Source: Octopus vulgaris
Taxonomy: Eukaryota
Assembly (NCBI GenBank): GCA_951406725.2
Contig: OX597822.1
Span: forward strand, 86,118,001-86,182,000
DNA: 64,000 bases
Reading direction: 5' to 3'
Both the position numbers and the translations under genes were made by a program. Below, piece after piece: positions 1-14,620 of the stretch (position 1 is the stretch's first letter; each line of letters opens with the position of its first letter). The notes beneath the pieces are model-generated. The model made no database searches, was not told the DNA's origin, and saw only the letters and a program-made list of their open reading frames with translations.

Positions 1-1052
1 AGGGGTGCTATAGTAAATGTATTACAGAATTTCCCTTCATCACTCAAGGTTATGAGTTCAAAACCCATCAGAGTGTGTTCTTAAAATTTTATCTAAGATC
101 GATTAGCCATCACACTGTGAAATTAAATTCCATGATTATTCCAATCAAGATGTCAAATATTTACCAGAAAATAGAATTTGTATTTTATGCAAGTCATACT
201 ACTTCAATAAACTTCAATAAATCTTAGCAAAAAATTGTTTCATATTTGACATTCCGCAACGAAAGACAAACTGATATATAAAACTGCTTTCTACAGAGAA
301 GGATAATGAGATTTTGAGTGGATGTCCCTGATTTGCACAGTAAAAGGATTAGAAAGGGACCAGTAACAAGCTGTGAACTTGAGACACTTCTCTACAAAAA
401 ATATGACATTCATTCTCTGAAGAACAAATAAGAAAATATGGCCATGGTTGGAATGCCTTTAATCAAGCAAAAATTCTAACCTTTTACTTAGTTACACCTG
501 ACTTTGGCCTAAACAACAAGGAATGGTGTTGCGTCAATGTCAGAAGTAAATAAGCAATTCTAGCGAATGGAAGGCTTTATTGAATTCATGAAGGCAAACC
601 TACACCTCATCAGTTTAACTGACTGCAATTATAAACATATTTAATCATATATTTACAAGTTGCCAGCAACCTAAACAGATCACAACCTATTAGAAAAGGG
701 CTCTAATTTATTAAGTCTGAAAGCCTTATTCTAAAGACTCACTCATCAACAGTGGTAGCATACAGCATTAAATTATTCGCAAAGATTGGGGCAACATTTT
801 AAGAAATTACCCTTTAGGAACAAAAATATTAATGGGATTCTAGCTTCAGATAACAACAGAATCAGAAATGGTGAGTGAATCAGACAAAGCATTCATGGAG
901 GAGAATGGTGCAGACCATGTGATCAAGCAGTGGTGCATTGTGTCCATTGTTTAGAAACAAAGGATCTGAATGGTAGTGTGACTCATGAATCAGTTAATAG
1001 CAAAGGGTTAGTAACAACTAGATAAGTCGGGGTCATAAACACCAGATACACA

Positions 1053-1055
<3 letters not shown>

Positions 1056-1089
<34 letters not shown>

Positions 1090-1200
1090 ATATATATTAA
1101 ACACACACGCATATATACACCACAGATATCTTTTACATATCGTGTATAGCTGTGCTCTCTCTCTCTCTCTCTTTCATATATATATATATATATATATTAT
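1056..1200. repeat. Compound (TG)n/(CT)n/(TA)n microsatellite, one of many
   Basis: Directly visible; similar tracts at 12065, 19057 (TAT)n, 48326, 51101 and 62062. Confidence 0.95.
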
Positions 1201-1342
1201 ATGGCACAGACATCTCTCATATCACACAGACTATATTAACAGCCAAGTGGTCAAAGCATGGCTGTCATTAAAACATTCCCTTTGCAATCATGTGGTTTCA
1301 GGTTCAGTCCCACTGCATGATACCATGGCCAAGTGTCTTCTA

Positions 1343-2748
1343 TCAGGTCATCCCATAAGTTCTGTCTGAATTTTGAATAAAGAAAACAAGTGATCAAATG
1401 TTATATTTAATTGAAATTTAATCAATGTACATTCCCTGATTATCTATGACTTCCTTCCATCTATTTACAAGCTTTTTAATTCCATCAATGTAAAACTGAC
1501 TGATGAAAACATTTAGTATACTTCATGGTATATTGTGTTTGCACAACAAAGTACCATGTACCTACAAATCTGTAACCTTGTAAAGTGTTTGGCCTAAGGA
1601 AGGGCATTCAACCATAGAAACTAAACGAAAGCAGACATTGAAACATGATGCAGTCCTTGGACTTATCAGATCCTTTCAAACTGTCCAACCGATGTCTCAA
1701 AGCGAAGAACTCTGAAATGTCAGTTTCGACCTCCTCCTGGCTTGCGAAAATTATGTCCCCCAAATGATTCTGTAAACTACAAAACAAATGGTAGTCTGAA
1801 GGAGCAAGGTCGGGAGAAAAAGATGGATGAAGAATTTTTTTCCAATCAAGCTCTTCAATCTTCTGTGATGTGATCTTTGCAGTATGGAGTTGCGCATTGT
1901 CCTGATGAAACATCACTCTTTTTCAATTCAATAAAGCGGGTCTTTTTTTCTGCAAAGCTTGGTTCAAACGTTCTAATTACTGACAGTAGACTTGAGCATT
2001 GATTGTTGCATTAGGTGGTAACAATTCAAAGTGAATTACTCCTTTGCAATCCCACTAAATAGAGAGAAGAACCTTTTTCTCATGAAGTTCCCTTCTTGGT
2101 TGTGGTTGAGCTTTTTCTCTTTTACCACAGTCACAAGTCTATCCAAAAAGGGTGAAATGTGTTTGCGAAAATGAAGAGAATAGCAGATGTCAACTCAGGA
2201 TTTGCGGTTGCTTTCTGACAATTCATGAGGCACCCATTTTCCAAGTTGTTAAAGATGATGATGAACTGTTGTATAGCTTGAACTAAGTTTTATTACTAAT
2301 TCTTCAACTGATAATGCAGGATTTTCTTCATGTAATGCCTCAAGGAGCTTATCCTCAAACTCAACTGGATGTCCTGTTCAATCTTCATCTTCAAGGCTGA
2401 AATCTCCACTTATGAATTTTGCAAACCATCTCCTGCAAGTTCTTTCATTCAAGCATTCTTTCCCATAAACTGAGTGTATGTTTCAAGTCACTTCAGCTGC
2501 TGAGTTTCCTTTTTTGTACTCATAAAGCATTATGTGCCTTAAATACTCTTTGGATACCTCCATGTTAGAAAGGGTTTTAATCAAAGAAATTTTAATTCTA
2601 TTACTCTGTAAAATAATATTTAATTAGTTTAAATGTACACAAAAGCATAAAAATAATTTTTAATTCCATTAGACATTCTAAAACACTATTAAATTTCATT
2701 CAATTTTAAAAAAAGGTAAAATCGGACAGAACTTATGGGATGACCTGA
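1343..2748 (-). mobile_element. Full-length decayed mariner transposon
   Basis: TIRs tcaggtcatcccataagttctgtc at 1343 and the reverse complement ending at 2748; TA on the left and CA (mutated TA) on the right. Broken ORF from ATG 2563 (MEVSKEYLRHIMLYEYKKG) through HQDNA and SPDLAPSDYHLF to ...NRWKEVIDNQGMYID* at 1418. Confidence 0.92.
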
Positions 2749-3135
2749 CATTATAGTCAAAGACTGATCAATGTCTTATAAGTGAGTTCAGTAGATGGAA
2801 ACTGTGAGGGACCCCTTTGTGTGTGTGTGTGCATGCCTGGTTATGAGGAAATATTACCTTATTTAGAAACAAGTGAGAGTCAGTGACAGGATGAGCATCC
2901 AGCTGTAAAAAAATCCACCTCAACAAATCCATCTGATCCATGCAAGCATGGAAAAGTGGACATTAAATGGTGATAGATAGATCATCATCATCATTTAAGA
3001 TCCTTTTTTTCCATGCTGGCATCGGTTGGACAGTTTGAAAGGATTTGATGAGTCCAAGGACTGCATCATGTTTCAATGTCTGCTTTCGTTTAGTCTCTAT
3101 GGTTGAATGCCCTTCCTTAGGCCAAACACTTTACA

Positions 3136-3427
3136 AGGTTACAGATTTGTAGGTACATGGTACTTTGTTGTGCAAACACAATATACCATGAAGTATACTA
3201 AATGTTTTCATCAGTCAGTTCTACATTGTATTGCGTCAGTAATTCTTCTTACATTGTTTTGTTAAGGTTCTTTCTACAGATATTCTATAGAACTTAGAAC
3301 CAACACTGGTTGTTTGCTACAATGTTTCGTAGTGACACGTGGCATCTCAACGTCTCGACATAAAACATTGTAGCAAACAATCAGTGCTAGCAATAAGTTC
3401 TATAGAATATCTGTAGAAAGAACCTTA
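3136..3427. mobile_element. Non-autonomous element with an internal ~170-bp palindrome, inserted in a SINE-like repeat
   Basis: 8-bp direct repeat actttaca at 3128-3135 and 3428-3435; 3261-3429 folds into a long hairpin; the host repeat resumes after the insertion. Confidence 0.65.
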
Positions 3428-3619
3428 ACTTTACAGAGTAGACTGGGTGCTTCTTTCATGGCACCAGCACTAGTGAGGTCACCATGTAACTAGCAAAGAC
3501 TCTGATGCCCCAAAATGCAGGGGTTCATGCTAAGAGATGAAGGGTTAAAGGTAAGCAAAACCAAAACTGAAGACAGTAGTGGCAGCGTTGCCAACTGTGG
3601 GACAATGTCCTTGAGATAC

Positions 3620-4445
3620 TTCCTTCTTATATGCATGACTTGGTAACCAGAGTTTGGAATAAAGCAAGGAAGACAAAATCAAAAACAAATTTATTGATAT
3701 CAATGTCGAAAGAATTTTGGTAAAACATTAAAATAAAGACAGCAGTCAAATTAAAACACAACGATCTTATATTTTCGATTGAGACCAAAAAATACAAACA
3801 TTCTTTTGTGAAAGTCAGGCACCAACTTGACATTAGAATGGTAAGAAACATAAGAAAAGAAACATTGGACCATTACTGAGGTGCTAACAAATCCAAGACA
3901 GCAGCAGAATTTGTACCAACCTGCTGGATTAAAGAATGGCTGAACTTGAATTCTTGAACAATGAACATAACTCCATAATTCATATGCCAAAGAGGATCCG
4001 AATATCAGGGACAATACAAATTTGCATGACATTCTTAAAAATTTCAAGAGTGAATGGTTGCACAAAAAATGACAAAAACAAGTCTCCACTTTTGTTTTTA
4101 AATATGTCTTCTTTAGAATCTTGTCACTGAGCAAGTGGTTGGTCAACAATTCTAAAATTCTAATCAAGAAGACTATACATAGACATTGCTAAAACGATCT
4201 ACAATGCTGTCCATAAGAAAGAATGGACTAGGATAAATGTAGTGAATTCCTTTGTTTCTGAATACATACAAATATATCACTACAAGGAATAATGGTGAAA
4301 CATTTCCATTAAAACTTTCATCAAGTACAAATATAACAGACCTGATATAGTTGTTTGCAACAGAAAATAAAAACTATGTCAGAGAGGTCAGCTACTTTGC
4401 AAACATAAGCACTTCTTTCAAAATCAGTGAGAAAGAGAACACTTC
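3620..4445 (+). mobile_element. Degenerate R4-like (restriction-like endonuclease) non-LTR retrotransposon
   Basis: Remnant IAKTIYNAVHKKE and W*NISIKTFIKYKYNRPDIVVCNRK*KLC..EVS...KISEKEN, matching the RLE PD-(D/E)xK domain; many stops. Confidence 0.65.
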
Positions 4446-6379
4446 TAATCATGGATATCTGCTGAGGGTAGAAAATGGGTCAGCTGCTCCACCCAGGGTC
4501 AGACTTTTTAAGAGATAATTAGAGACAAACTCTTAGTAGTACCAGGAATTTCAGCTTTCTGTCTGATTCAGTAGTTTGGTAAATCACTTGACATAAGCCT
4601 CTCTCTCTCTCCCTGGCTTAAGAGGCACAGGTCAAGAAGTCACTGTGAAAAGGAACAGCTTTGGATGAGTCACAGACACTCAGGTCACATAAGTTCATTT
4701 ACTGTGGCCCAATCAACTATTTACTTGGAATTTACTTTATTTCTGTACAAGACTCTATGGTGGAGAGATGACTTTTCTCATTTGGATCCAATCATTTGAC
4801 TGGTTGCAAGACAATTTCAAAGCATCACTTCAAACTTATTGAGGTATCTTTTTAATATTGATGCAAAACCATGTGATGTTATGATTTTATTTCACAATGT
4901 TGTGATTTTATACTAAAATACTATTTGCATTTTACTGGTAGTTTGTGAGTCTAGATTAAGTTGCTATTTTAACATTGCACTCCAGTACACTGATATTAGT
5001 CACATAATTCCATGATTTTAGATCAAGTTATTATTTTTATGTTGTTGCGATTTGTTTTAAAGGCTTTGTACAAGGATAGGAAATTTTTTGTTTATCAATT
5101 GAAGAATCATTACTGCAAATGATTGCAAGGATGAAACACCAGGAATGCCATATGTGGCTCTCATGGGACTCATATAATGTTTCGATTAGGTAAGAATCAA
5201 AGAATTTAGGAATTCCATGGTTACCATCCCAGCTCTTCCAGGAATCTCAAATGTTACAAATTGAAAAATGTAATTTACCTGCGATTGACAATATTTAGAT
5301 TAAGATTTTTACCTTACATGCTTACAAACACCCATTACACTCTCAGAGTGGTTGGCATTATGAAGGGCATCCAGCCATAGAAAACCAGGCCAAATTAGAC
5401 TGAAGTCTGGTGCAGCCTTCCAGCACCAGTCAAACCGTCCAATCCATGCCACCACAGACAATGGACATTAAATGATGATGATGATTGATACAAGTATCAC
5501 AAGACCGTGATTTTAGATGAATGGTGGGAAAGTTGTGTCCATTTGAAGGAATAAGTGAGGGTTTCCAGTGCTAATTTTTACACTGAAGCAGAGTTTTATT
5601 GATTGTACTTGATTTGAAACTCATCATTTCAACTAATTGTGAATTTTAGAAACAGCTATTTATACTTTTAATCTACATTTGTAATTACTTTTTGAAAACA
5701 TAAATATGAATTGTAGCTTAGCACGTCTTCATTCATCACAATGTGTACCTTTATAGAAGTGGCCCTGGATCCTTCCTTATTGGAGCATGCTTTAGAATAT
5801 TTAGAGAACCTATTAAAATTTGTTTGTATTTTGTTAGAGTTTACTAAAAATAATTATATTTTATCAAGGTTTGGCAATCAATGAAATATATTCTTTAGTG
5901 TGGTTTTGGTATTCCTTGTTGATTCTATGACCAATTTGGTCTCTCAGTGCTTCCAAAGATCTCTGGAATAAGACGATCACTTAACTGAAAAACAAGACTT
6001 GGTGAAAGATAGAGTGTCCAGCAGTAAAGTCCTGCCGAAAATGACTCTCTGTCCAACCCATGCTAGCATGGAAAAGCTGACATGAAATGAACAATTATGA
6101 TTTAAAGCTTGTTTTTCAATGAACTGTAAATTTTTAAAACAAGTAAGACTCGTAAATACTTTTAGAAAATGTAAAATGAGAATTGAAGTGTGACTCATTG
6201 TTTTGTCACCCCTTTAAGGGTCAGTCATAGATATTTTATATTTGAGCCTGCTTTGTTTATAACAAAAAAATAAGGACATTTAAAAATTGAGGGCACCTCT
6301 TAAATTTTTTTAGATTTTGTTAGAGTGCTTATGAATAATTATCCCAGTAGTATCAACCAGACCATCAGATGCTGTGATA

Positions 6380-6660
6380 TACTGCTGATCACAATGCACT
6401 TCCAATTTTATCTTGATTACACCATTCCTTTCCATCTTGACCCAAATTGCTTCAAAAAATCCTCTTTCCATCATCATGGAGGCAAGGGGCCTTTTCCAGC
6501 CTCTTGGATACCACTTAGCAACTGCATGGGTCCACCTGTTGTCTGTGAACCTTGCAACATGTCCAGCCCAGTGGAATTTGTGCTTTCAGTATTCTGCAAT
6601 CACATCATTCACGCCACTGCATTCTTGAATTATCTCATTTTGAATGTGCTCTCTCAAAAG
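6380..6660 (-). mobile_element. RTE LINE C-terminal fragment
   Basis: Minus strand reads HWAGHVARFTDNRWTHAVAKWYPRGWKRP, a typical RTE C-terminal motif. Confidence 0.75.
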
Positions 6661-7329
6661 CTAAAAGAATGAATAATTATATTTTATACAATAAGTAAGA
6701 TTGAGACATGTTAAAGATTTATTATGGTGGCTTTCTCAGATGTCAGTTAGCTTTAACGTGGCCTCCTGACATAAGAAAAAATCCAGCTTCTGTTTCAGAT
6801 TAAAATGATAATAGAGTGTCATGATAGTGTAATATTATATCCAGTGATTTATATCCAGTGATTTTGACAAAGCTATGATTTAAAATGATAATAGTGTTAT
6901 TGCCACGATACTGTGACTTCACTCTGAGAAAATTTTACAAAAAACCTTGTTAGAATCAACCAATACTAGATAAACACTGATCTGCTTTATAAATATTCAA
7001 TGTAAGAACAAACAACCTGCTGAAAAAAGTAATTACCAGATTGATATGACATCATAAAGAAAGTGATTGAAGAATTCAAACATCTAAGATGTTTGCCCTT
7101 TTTATTCCATAATAGTTTTTTCTAAAGTGCAACAAACAGAAAGATTAAACAATAAAGCAGCATTTTCTTTTCCTTTTACATCTGTTTTATATTGTTTTTT
7201 TTTTATAAGATTAGTTTACAAGACCATCATCTTCAATCTTAAGCTAGGAAACCCCATCATGGAGCAATCTGCTCATGTTTTACTATTTACTGTATAATAA
7301 AGTTTATTTCTTCATTTACACCCCAAAAC

Positions 7330-7582
7330 AGGCCCCTGGGCAAATTAATTCACTGAGCTCTATAACACTTATTTATTGACAGCAAGCCCCAGCATACATC
7401 AATCTGATTTGGGCCCCTGCACCCATGAAGGCTACAAGGCACATCAATGCCCTGGCTTGTACTGTATATATTAACTGGCAACAAATCACAGTATACATAG
7501 ACCACAATTTTCCTCGACAACCCTAGACCCAAGAAGGCCCCTATGCAACTGCCCAGTGTATCTATGCTTGAGACAGCCCCTG
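7330..7582. mobile_element. hAT-like non-autonomous element remnant
   Basis: Repeated ggcccct subterminal motifs and an end ...gcaactgcccagtg...gacagcccctg typical of hAT termini; the other end is unclear. Confidence 0.4.
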
Positions 7583-10500
7583 AATCAATAAAGTGTTCTC
7601 ATGTCACACTGTCTGTTAAAATAATCATTCATGATTGTGCTCAGCAGTATGTTATTTTTTATATTTCTAATTCAAGGATTCCGAATTGCAACCCTTTAAT
7701 ATAAATATTAGTCAATATATTTGGATCCAATAATCAGATATTGTACTTATGTTGATATTTTTTTTTTTATGTTGTTCTATTTGAAACTTTGGAATTATTT
7801 TTCAGTCTTCTGGACTCCTGATTTATCTCAAAAAAAAAAAAAAAAATTCTACAGTGGCTTACTTACATAATATTCAAAACCAAGAATATCACTTTGAGAT
7901 CTTGCATAGGTGGTCCCTGGCGCTTTCTCTGTTCATGAAATAAATTTTGTCTCAGAACACCACTTTCGAATTACTGTGAACTCATTTCCATCAAACTAAT
8001 TATTGATTTCAAATTTTGGTACAAGGCCAGCAATTTCAAGGGAGGGACTAAATTGATTACATCGACCCCAGTGCGTAACAGGTACTTATTTTATCAATCC
8101 CAAAAGGATGAAAAGCAAAGTCAACCTGGCAGAATTTTAACTTGGAATGTAAAAGACCAGAAGAAATGCTGCTAAGCATTTTGCCTGGAATGCTAACATT
8201 TCTACCAGCTTGCAGCCTTCATCAAACTAAATATTACAACAAAAATGCATCACAGCTGTATGTAATCTTAGATTCATTAAATATAATTATAATTGACATT
8301 TCTCTCTCTCTCTCTCTTTGATCTAAAACGGTTCAAACCTCACTAATATCTTGAACCAAAATTCAATATTACAACATACTTTATAGTTTGTGATGCTTAT
8401 AGAAGTCAGTGGTTCGCTCCCTTCTGTAGTTCTGTGTCCCCTTTCACAGTTGTTTTATAAACACTCCCCATCTTTTACAAAGAGTAAACAGAAAAACAAC
8501 AAATTATTTTAATCAAACAGAAGCTAACTTTGAGCAGTGGTTTATTCTCCCTACTTTCGTCTACTATTTCATCAACATGGCCCCCTTTTAGATTATGCCG
8601 TGAAACATCTTCACCACTATCCTATTTCTTTTCCAACTGGGGTAGCCATGTAACCCCACTTACAGTAAGACATCTGTGTCTTTCCTTTAGTCATACTTTA
8701 ACCTCTCAGCAGCTGCTATAAAGCCACCTCATTCAATACTAATTCCCCTACTCAGTGGATGGGGGGGTGTCTTGTCTTGCAGCCCCAGCTAAAGAAACCA
8801 TGCCAAAACAGACATTAAAGCTTGGTACAGTCCCCTGGCTCACGAACCCTTGTCAAATTGTCCAATCTGTACAAGCATAGAAAATGGACATCTAACAATG
8901 ATTTAACTGGAAAAAATTTGTAATTGTGATCAAAATAATAAGAAATGGCTCAGGTTTTACAAGTCACATCCTATAACAAATACAGCATCGTGTAAAGTAC
9001 AAAGTATACGCGTAAGCCTTGCAATCCACAATGTATTCATCTAAAGTTTATTTAAATGTATTTTTTAAATACCATATCATTACCGTGATATCATGGTAAT
9101 TAAAAATGGGGTTGATTGTTATGAAGTAATTAATCTATCATTGGCATGAGTAATGACTAAATATGTTTTGTTACACTCAACTTCCGATAGGTTTTAAGGT
9201 TGTGCTTACAAACACGTATTTATATAAAAGGATAATGATGCAGTCCAAACATTTTATACAGTCCTGAGCTTAATGTCTACATATAGAAAGAATGTAATTA
9301 CTGAAGTTTAGAGTCTGCCATAAGTTTCGACTTTTGACTGAGATATCATAATTAATGGCTAATAATTAGTAAATGACATCAGTTATTTAATTACTAAATA
9401 CCGCTTCTCAGGGTGTGTCTAAGTACCCATTTCATATGGCTTCAAAGTACTGCTAAAATTGGTCTAATTTTAAAATATTTTCGTGGAATGTGAGTATATT
9501 AGAGTGCACACCCTTTTCCGACAGCATTAGGAGTTCCCTGTGCTTGCCTGCCCACCTCAAGTATGTCATATATGGGTACAATAAGTAGAATAATAAAAAT
9601 ATAAGCAACACTTTTCTAATGTTCAACATGTAACACTTATTTTTGTTATCCAAATTCTAGAGATAAGGCTTTGTTTCTTTGTGAGGAAAGAGCTCAGACA
9701 CTAGGGAATTCAAATAACGTGGTAAACAAAGACAACCATTAGCATTAGAAGAATATTCTATGTTAATCGGTAGACATTGTCCCACAATGTAATCCACTGG
9801 AGACATTAATCTTTATTCACTTCGTCTCACGGCACACCAACAAAATCTTTTGAGTTCTGATTTCCAATTCAAACAATGCAGTTGATAGGGATTAACACAG
9901 GCCTCATGGGCGAGCAAAAGATGGTATGAACGGGGAGGCAGGAGATGAGGAAGAAAGTAATAACAGGTTGTGAAGATATGGAGATGGAAGCAGAGAGAAG
10001 GGTAAAAAGTGGGAATGGAAGTAATGACATTTTGTGTAGAGCTATGCTGGTGAAATAGTTTAATTTTCACCATTAATTTTGTGAAAGACACATGTCACAC
10101 CTTAGGAAAGCCGAGTTAAACGCAGTGGTGGTGGTTGAGAGTAGAAGCATTAAACCGTGATGAGAAATCTGAAGACTATTCGTTGCTAAACAGGTTGCGA
10201 GAAGAGAATTAGTGTTCGCAAGCTCTGTGTGGTTGAATGCGAGGTACTTAGGTGTATATGAAGGCACGTTTATACACACACACACACGAGCGTGTATACA
10301 TCTTCCTATGTTACTGTATGTAATAACTTACATTTAAATACCTAAGTGGATTTTTGCTAGTCATGTGCACATTCATTAGTATATCTTCATTAATGAGACA
10401 CGTATATCACTAACACTTTTAGGAAAGCAGGACATGGCACTCGTTAACCCTCATTTTTTCAACGACTCAGTTTCGATTACCATTCGAAACAAACATGACC

Positions 10501-12066
10501 GTTACAAAATCTGCAGCTCATGCAACGAACTAATATTCGTATGCATTCTGATACTTATCCACATTGTAAATATACGACTGTTAGTTGGATCACTTCAGAA
10601 GAAACCTTTATATGACCCCTCCATACGTTCCTTTAAATAGTGCTTGTATGTGTTAAAAAGGAAATAACATTATCGAATTACTAGAAATAGCAGCTAAATC
10701 TTCGTTCAATTTCCCTGTATTATCTTAAAAGGAAAAAACTCATTGGTTAATGTAGAACCGGATGCACAGACGAGATTGTCACGGCTTGACTGCTTCTGAT
10801 CGTAAATTCTTTGAATCACGGCTTATCTGGAGCTAAACAACAGGAACATTATAGAGATGTTAAAGGACAAGGCCAAATATGAAGAAATTCATGTCATTCA
10901 TCTTCTAACACTATAAAAGAGTGACGTGATGGTAAAATCGTAGAAGTATCGGGAAAAAAATGTCTTGATGTATTTATTCCGTTTTTTTTTTTTGTTTTTT
11001 TACGTTCTGAATTCCAATCCTGGCGAAGTCAACTTTGCTTTTTATCTTTTCAGGGTCAATAAAATGTTGGACCAGTCGAGTATTGCTCAACTGTATCGAC
11101 TAACCCCTTTCCTCAAAATTGCTGGCCTTGTGCCTAAAAGTGAAACAACCTTTGAACACCACAAGCCATCGACTTCAACAAGTTATTGCCTTTAATCAAT
11201 CTGTGCCTGTGTATGTGTAATACTGGCTAATGAGGAGAAAACATGGACAAAATACGGGAAACACACAAGACTGACAAATCCTCGTCACCGTTTAAATTAA
11301 GTAAATCCTTAAGAGTAATAATGATTCCATATTCTGTGACGTGGTGTGAACCAATGACGAATGTCCAGTCGTCACAGCACTTAAGCCTTTACAACCTGTT
11401 ATTCTCCATCAGCTAATAAAATTGAGGGTTATGGTAGCGTATATAATAGCATCAATCAAAGGAAAGACTAAACGCTTGCAGTGAAATATATTTTAGCAAC
11501 TAATGGTTCAATATCCCAGACATGTGGTTCGGACAAACACATAAACAAGTGTACATTCACACACTCACAACCTAAACCAAATTCATATTCAGAAATACAC
11601 CCCTCACTTTCAAGGGTAGGTTCTTTCGTTGATTTAAGATATCTTTGAATATTGTCATGTCTTGAACTCTGGCAAACAGAATTGCGTGTGTTTTTCCTGT
11701 AATGATATCCAAATTATATACGAGAAAGAAATTGTCATATATACACGCATATAATTAATAGAGGAACAATATCTGAGCTGGTGGGTTGGCAAAATCGGTG
11801 GAGCGTCGGACAAACTTCCCTGCAAGACTCAGTTAATACCTTTTACTTTCAGAGTTCAAATACTGCTGAGCTCAAGTTTGCCTTTTAACCATCTAAGGGT
11901 CAATAAAATATCAATCAAGTAGTGGGTCGAATCATAATACAAGAAGAATATATTGACTACACAACACATTTGCAAAAGAAGTATATATATATATATAGGT
12001 TGTTTGTTGGCGGTCAGAGAGTGACCACTGATTTCGCGCCTCAGACTTAAATGACCGGAGGTGTGT

Positions 12067-12100
<34 letters not shown>

Positions 12101-14620
12101 TAGTCGATTTAATCGAATCCAAATGACACCTAAATAGTTAACTGAGTAACGTTGATGATGGACGAAACTAATTTCTCCAAGATATTTAATCCGACACTTT
12201 TTGTCACGTCCGTTTTCTTGTGTCTTCTACAATTACATGTAATCAATAGGTTGAGCTTTCGTTGCAACTATGATATAAACTCGAAAACAATTTCCCGTCT
12301 TTCCCAACATGAAAGTAATGCGGTTCTTCTGTAGTGAATACGCTTTGCAAGTTTCGATTCCTGGTTAAAATTCTTCCATTTACCTCTTTGTAACGATTGA
12401 AAAAGTAACAAACGTTATAATTCACACATTCATTGTCTGCGGCAGTCTTGGAATTTTTTTGTTATTATTTATGTGTGTATGGTGGAGATTCAGAATAAAT
12501 GTATTCAGTTTGGCCCTTCGTGATTCTGGAGTTAAATTCCACTTAACACGACAATTTTTATATCTGTTCAGTTGAGGTTCAAATCCTCAGAGGCTAACTT
12601 CAACTCATCTGGGTCGCTAAAATACATATTAGGCATGCACAGGGCTCAATTTGAGGTGGGAAAATTCTTGTTATAAGGATGATGAAAGATGTATTAGCGA
12701 AATAACCTCAGATTTGTAACGCCGAACTGAGTATGTAACAAGGTTTCAATTCTCTATCAAATCTACTTTCACTTCATTTGTGCTGCTAAAGCCCGGATCA
12801 AAACAGCATCCCGTTTTCACTCCCCAAACGCTTTGTGATATTGCCAAAAAAAACCTAGAATTCTTAGAAGTCTGTAAACCACACAGAGCCAACGGACCGA
12901 CGATTTATGACATTATAGGGACTTCTCAAGATCCTGAATTTAAATCCTGCCAAGAATAAAAAAACCTAACATCATTTCTTCCTATCAGAATCGAAAAACT
13001 AAGTATCAATTGTATACTAGAGTCGATTATTTCAATGGATCACAGCTATTCAAATGTTGTGAATGTCACATTTCGATGAAGTGCAGCAGCAACCCTAATT
13101 GCAGGTTATTTCCTTTTACTTATTATGTTGCCAATATCATCCTCAAGCGGGGCTTGAACGTTGTAAATTACCATTTTTCTAACCTGATAAATTTGAAAAA
13201 CATAATTAAAAAAAAAAAAACAACATAATCGTGACTAATACAACATACGGCCGTAAAATGATAAAAGCGCACACTGAGGACTAAATCTATTTTTCGTCCC
13301 TTTACGTCAAGTTCCATCGGTTTTGCCGGTCATCTATTATAATAATTCAATTTAATCTCAGACTTGTTGAACCCACCCAGTAATTGACTGGCATTTTATT
13401 TTATCGACCCTACAAAAATGAACAATATTTGAACATACAATATAAAGGGCTTTTAATTCCCTTGTAATCGATAACAAAAATATCAGATACATACAGTATT
13501 GATATAAGGAATTACGAGGTTCACCGATAAGTCTATGGGTTTATACCATTGCAACTAGTCCACCATGTGAGGCGGATTCTTAATCTGGTGGCACCAGATC
13601 TTTGCGTGAATGCAAGGTGTGTGTGTGTGTTGAAACAGTGGTGGAAAGGCTCCTAGAATTAGTTAACACTACTTAAACATGTTGATTAATAACACATTTT
13701 AACTTAATCTGTCCTTATCTTTTGCGTCTAGTCCTCCTCAGTATGTACACAGCAATGAAACAACAGCAGTATGTATACGCGTGTGTCTTTGAGTTTATGT
13801 ATGCGTGTGCTTCTGTAAATGTGCGTTTTTTATTTTGCTCGTTTTGTTTTTTGAGCGTATAAAGGAAGTGAATCTGTGATACACATCTAGTGCGTATACA
13901 CACACAATACATACATACAAACACACATACACGCGCGCACATGCAGTGGTACATGTGTAGATAATTACTGTATCTTCCTATCAATAGGTTATCTCTTCAA
14001 TACCAACAGTTGAAAAATATACACTTAAGGTTATAGTATACAACATACATAAACACACACATAAAGAACTACGCAGACAAGTGGACAGATTTATGAGCGA
14101 CCTCCTTGTTACTCTTTCGAGAATTCCTATATTTTTCATGTGTGTGTATAGATAGGTGCGTTTATGTGTTTTTAAAATAGTCATGCTGCACATGTGAACG
14201 GAAAGAATTATCCAAGAGAGACAAAGAATAAATGAAAGAGTGTGGCAACGAGAGCAAGTAAAGGAAAATGGAAGCAATGTGTAGGGGAGGAGAGAGAACG
14301 AAAATGAAAGAATAACGTTGAAAGAGAAAGGAAAGAAGAAAGTGGGTGGATGTTATATGAATGAGAGAAAAAATATGAGAGAGAGAAGGGATCGTGTGGA
14401 CATGAAGAAGGAGTAAGAAAGAGGAATAAATGAAAATGTGTTTGTATGACATGATGTAGAGAAGAGAAAAAGAAAGTAAATGAGAGAGATATAAAAGAAG
14501 AGGCTGTAAAAGAGAGTGTGGAATGGATAATAAAAGGGGGGAAAAGGCGCGTGTGAATGTAAAAGATGAAAGAAATAAGCAGAGAGAGAAGGGTATGAAG
14601 TTGCATAGTAGGACACTTAC

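Noticed and set aside
240-850. Possible R4-like LINE remnant (ILSGCP-like motif at ~312)
   Set aside because: Too degenerate to support a call.
12150-12172. ttgatgatggacgaaac hammerhead-like string
   Set aside because: Lacks the CUGA start, stem II pairing and flanking helices.
14208-14620. Continuation of the 198-aa Ras ORF and the overlapping hydrophobic ORFs
   Set aside because: Read-through into a CT-rich intron after the GTAAGT donor; Ras homology stops at VLD.
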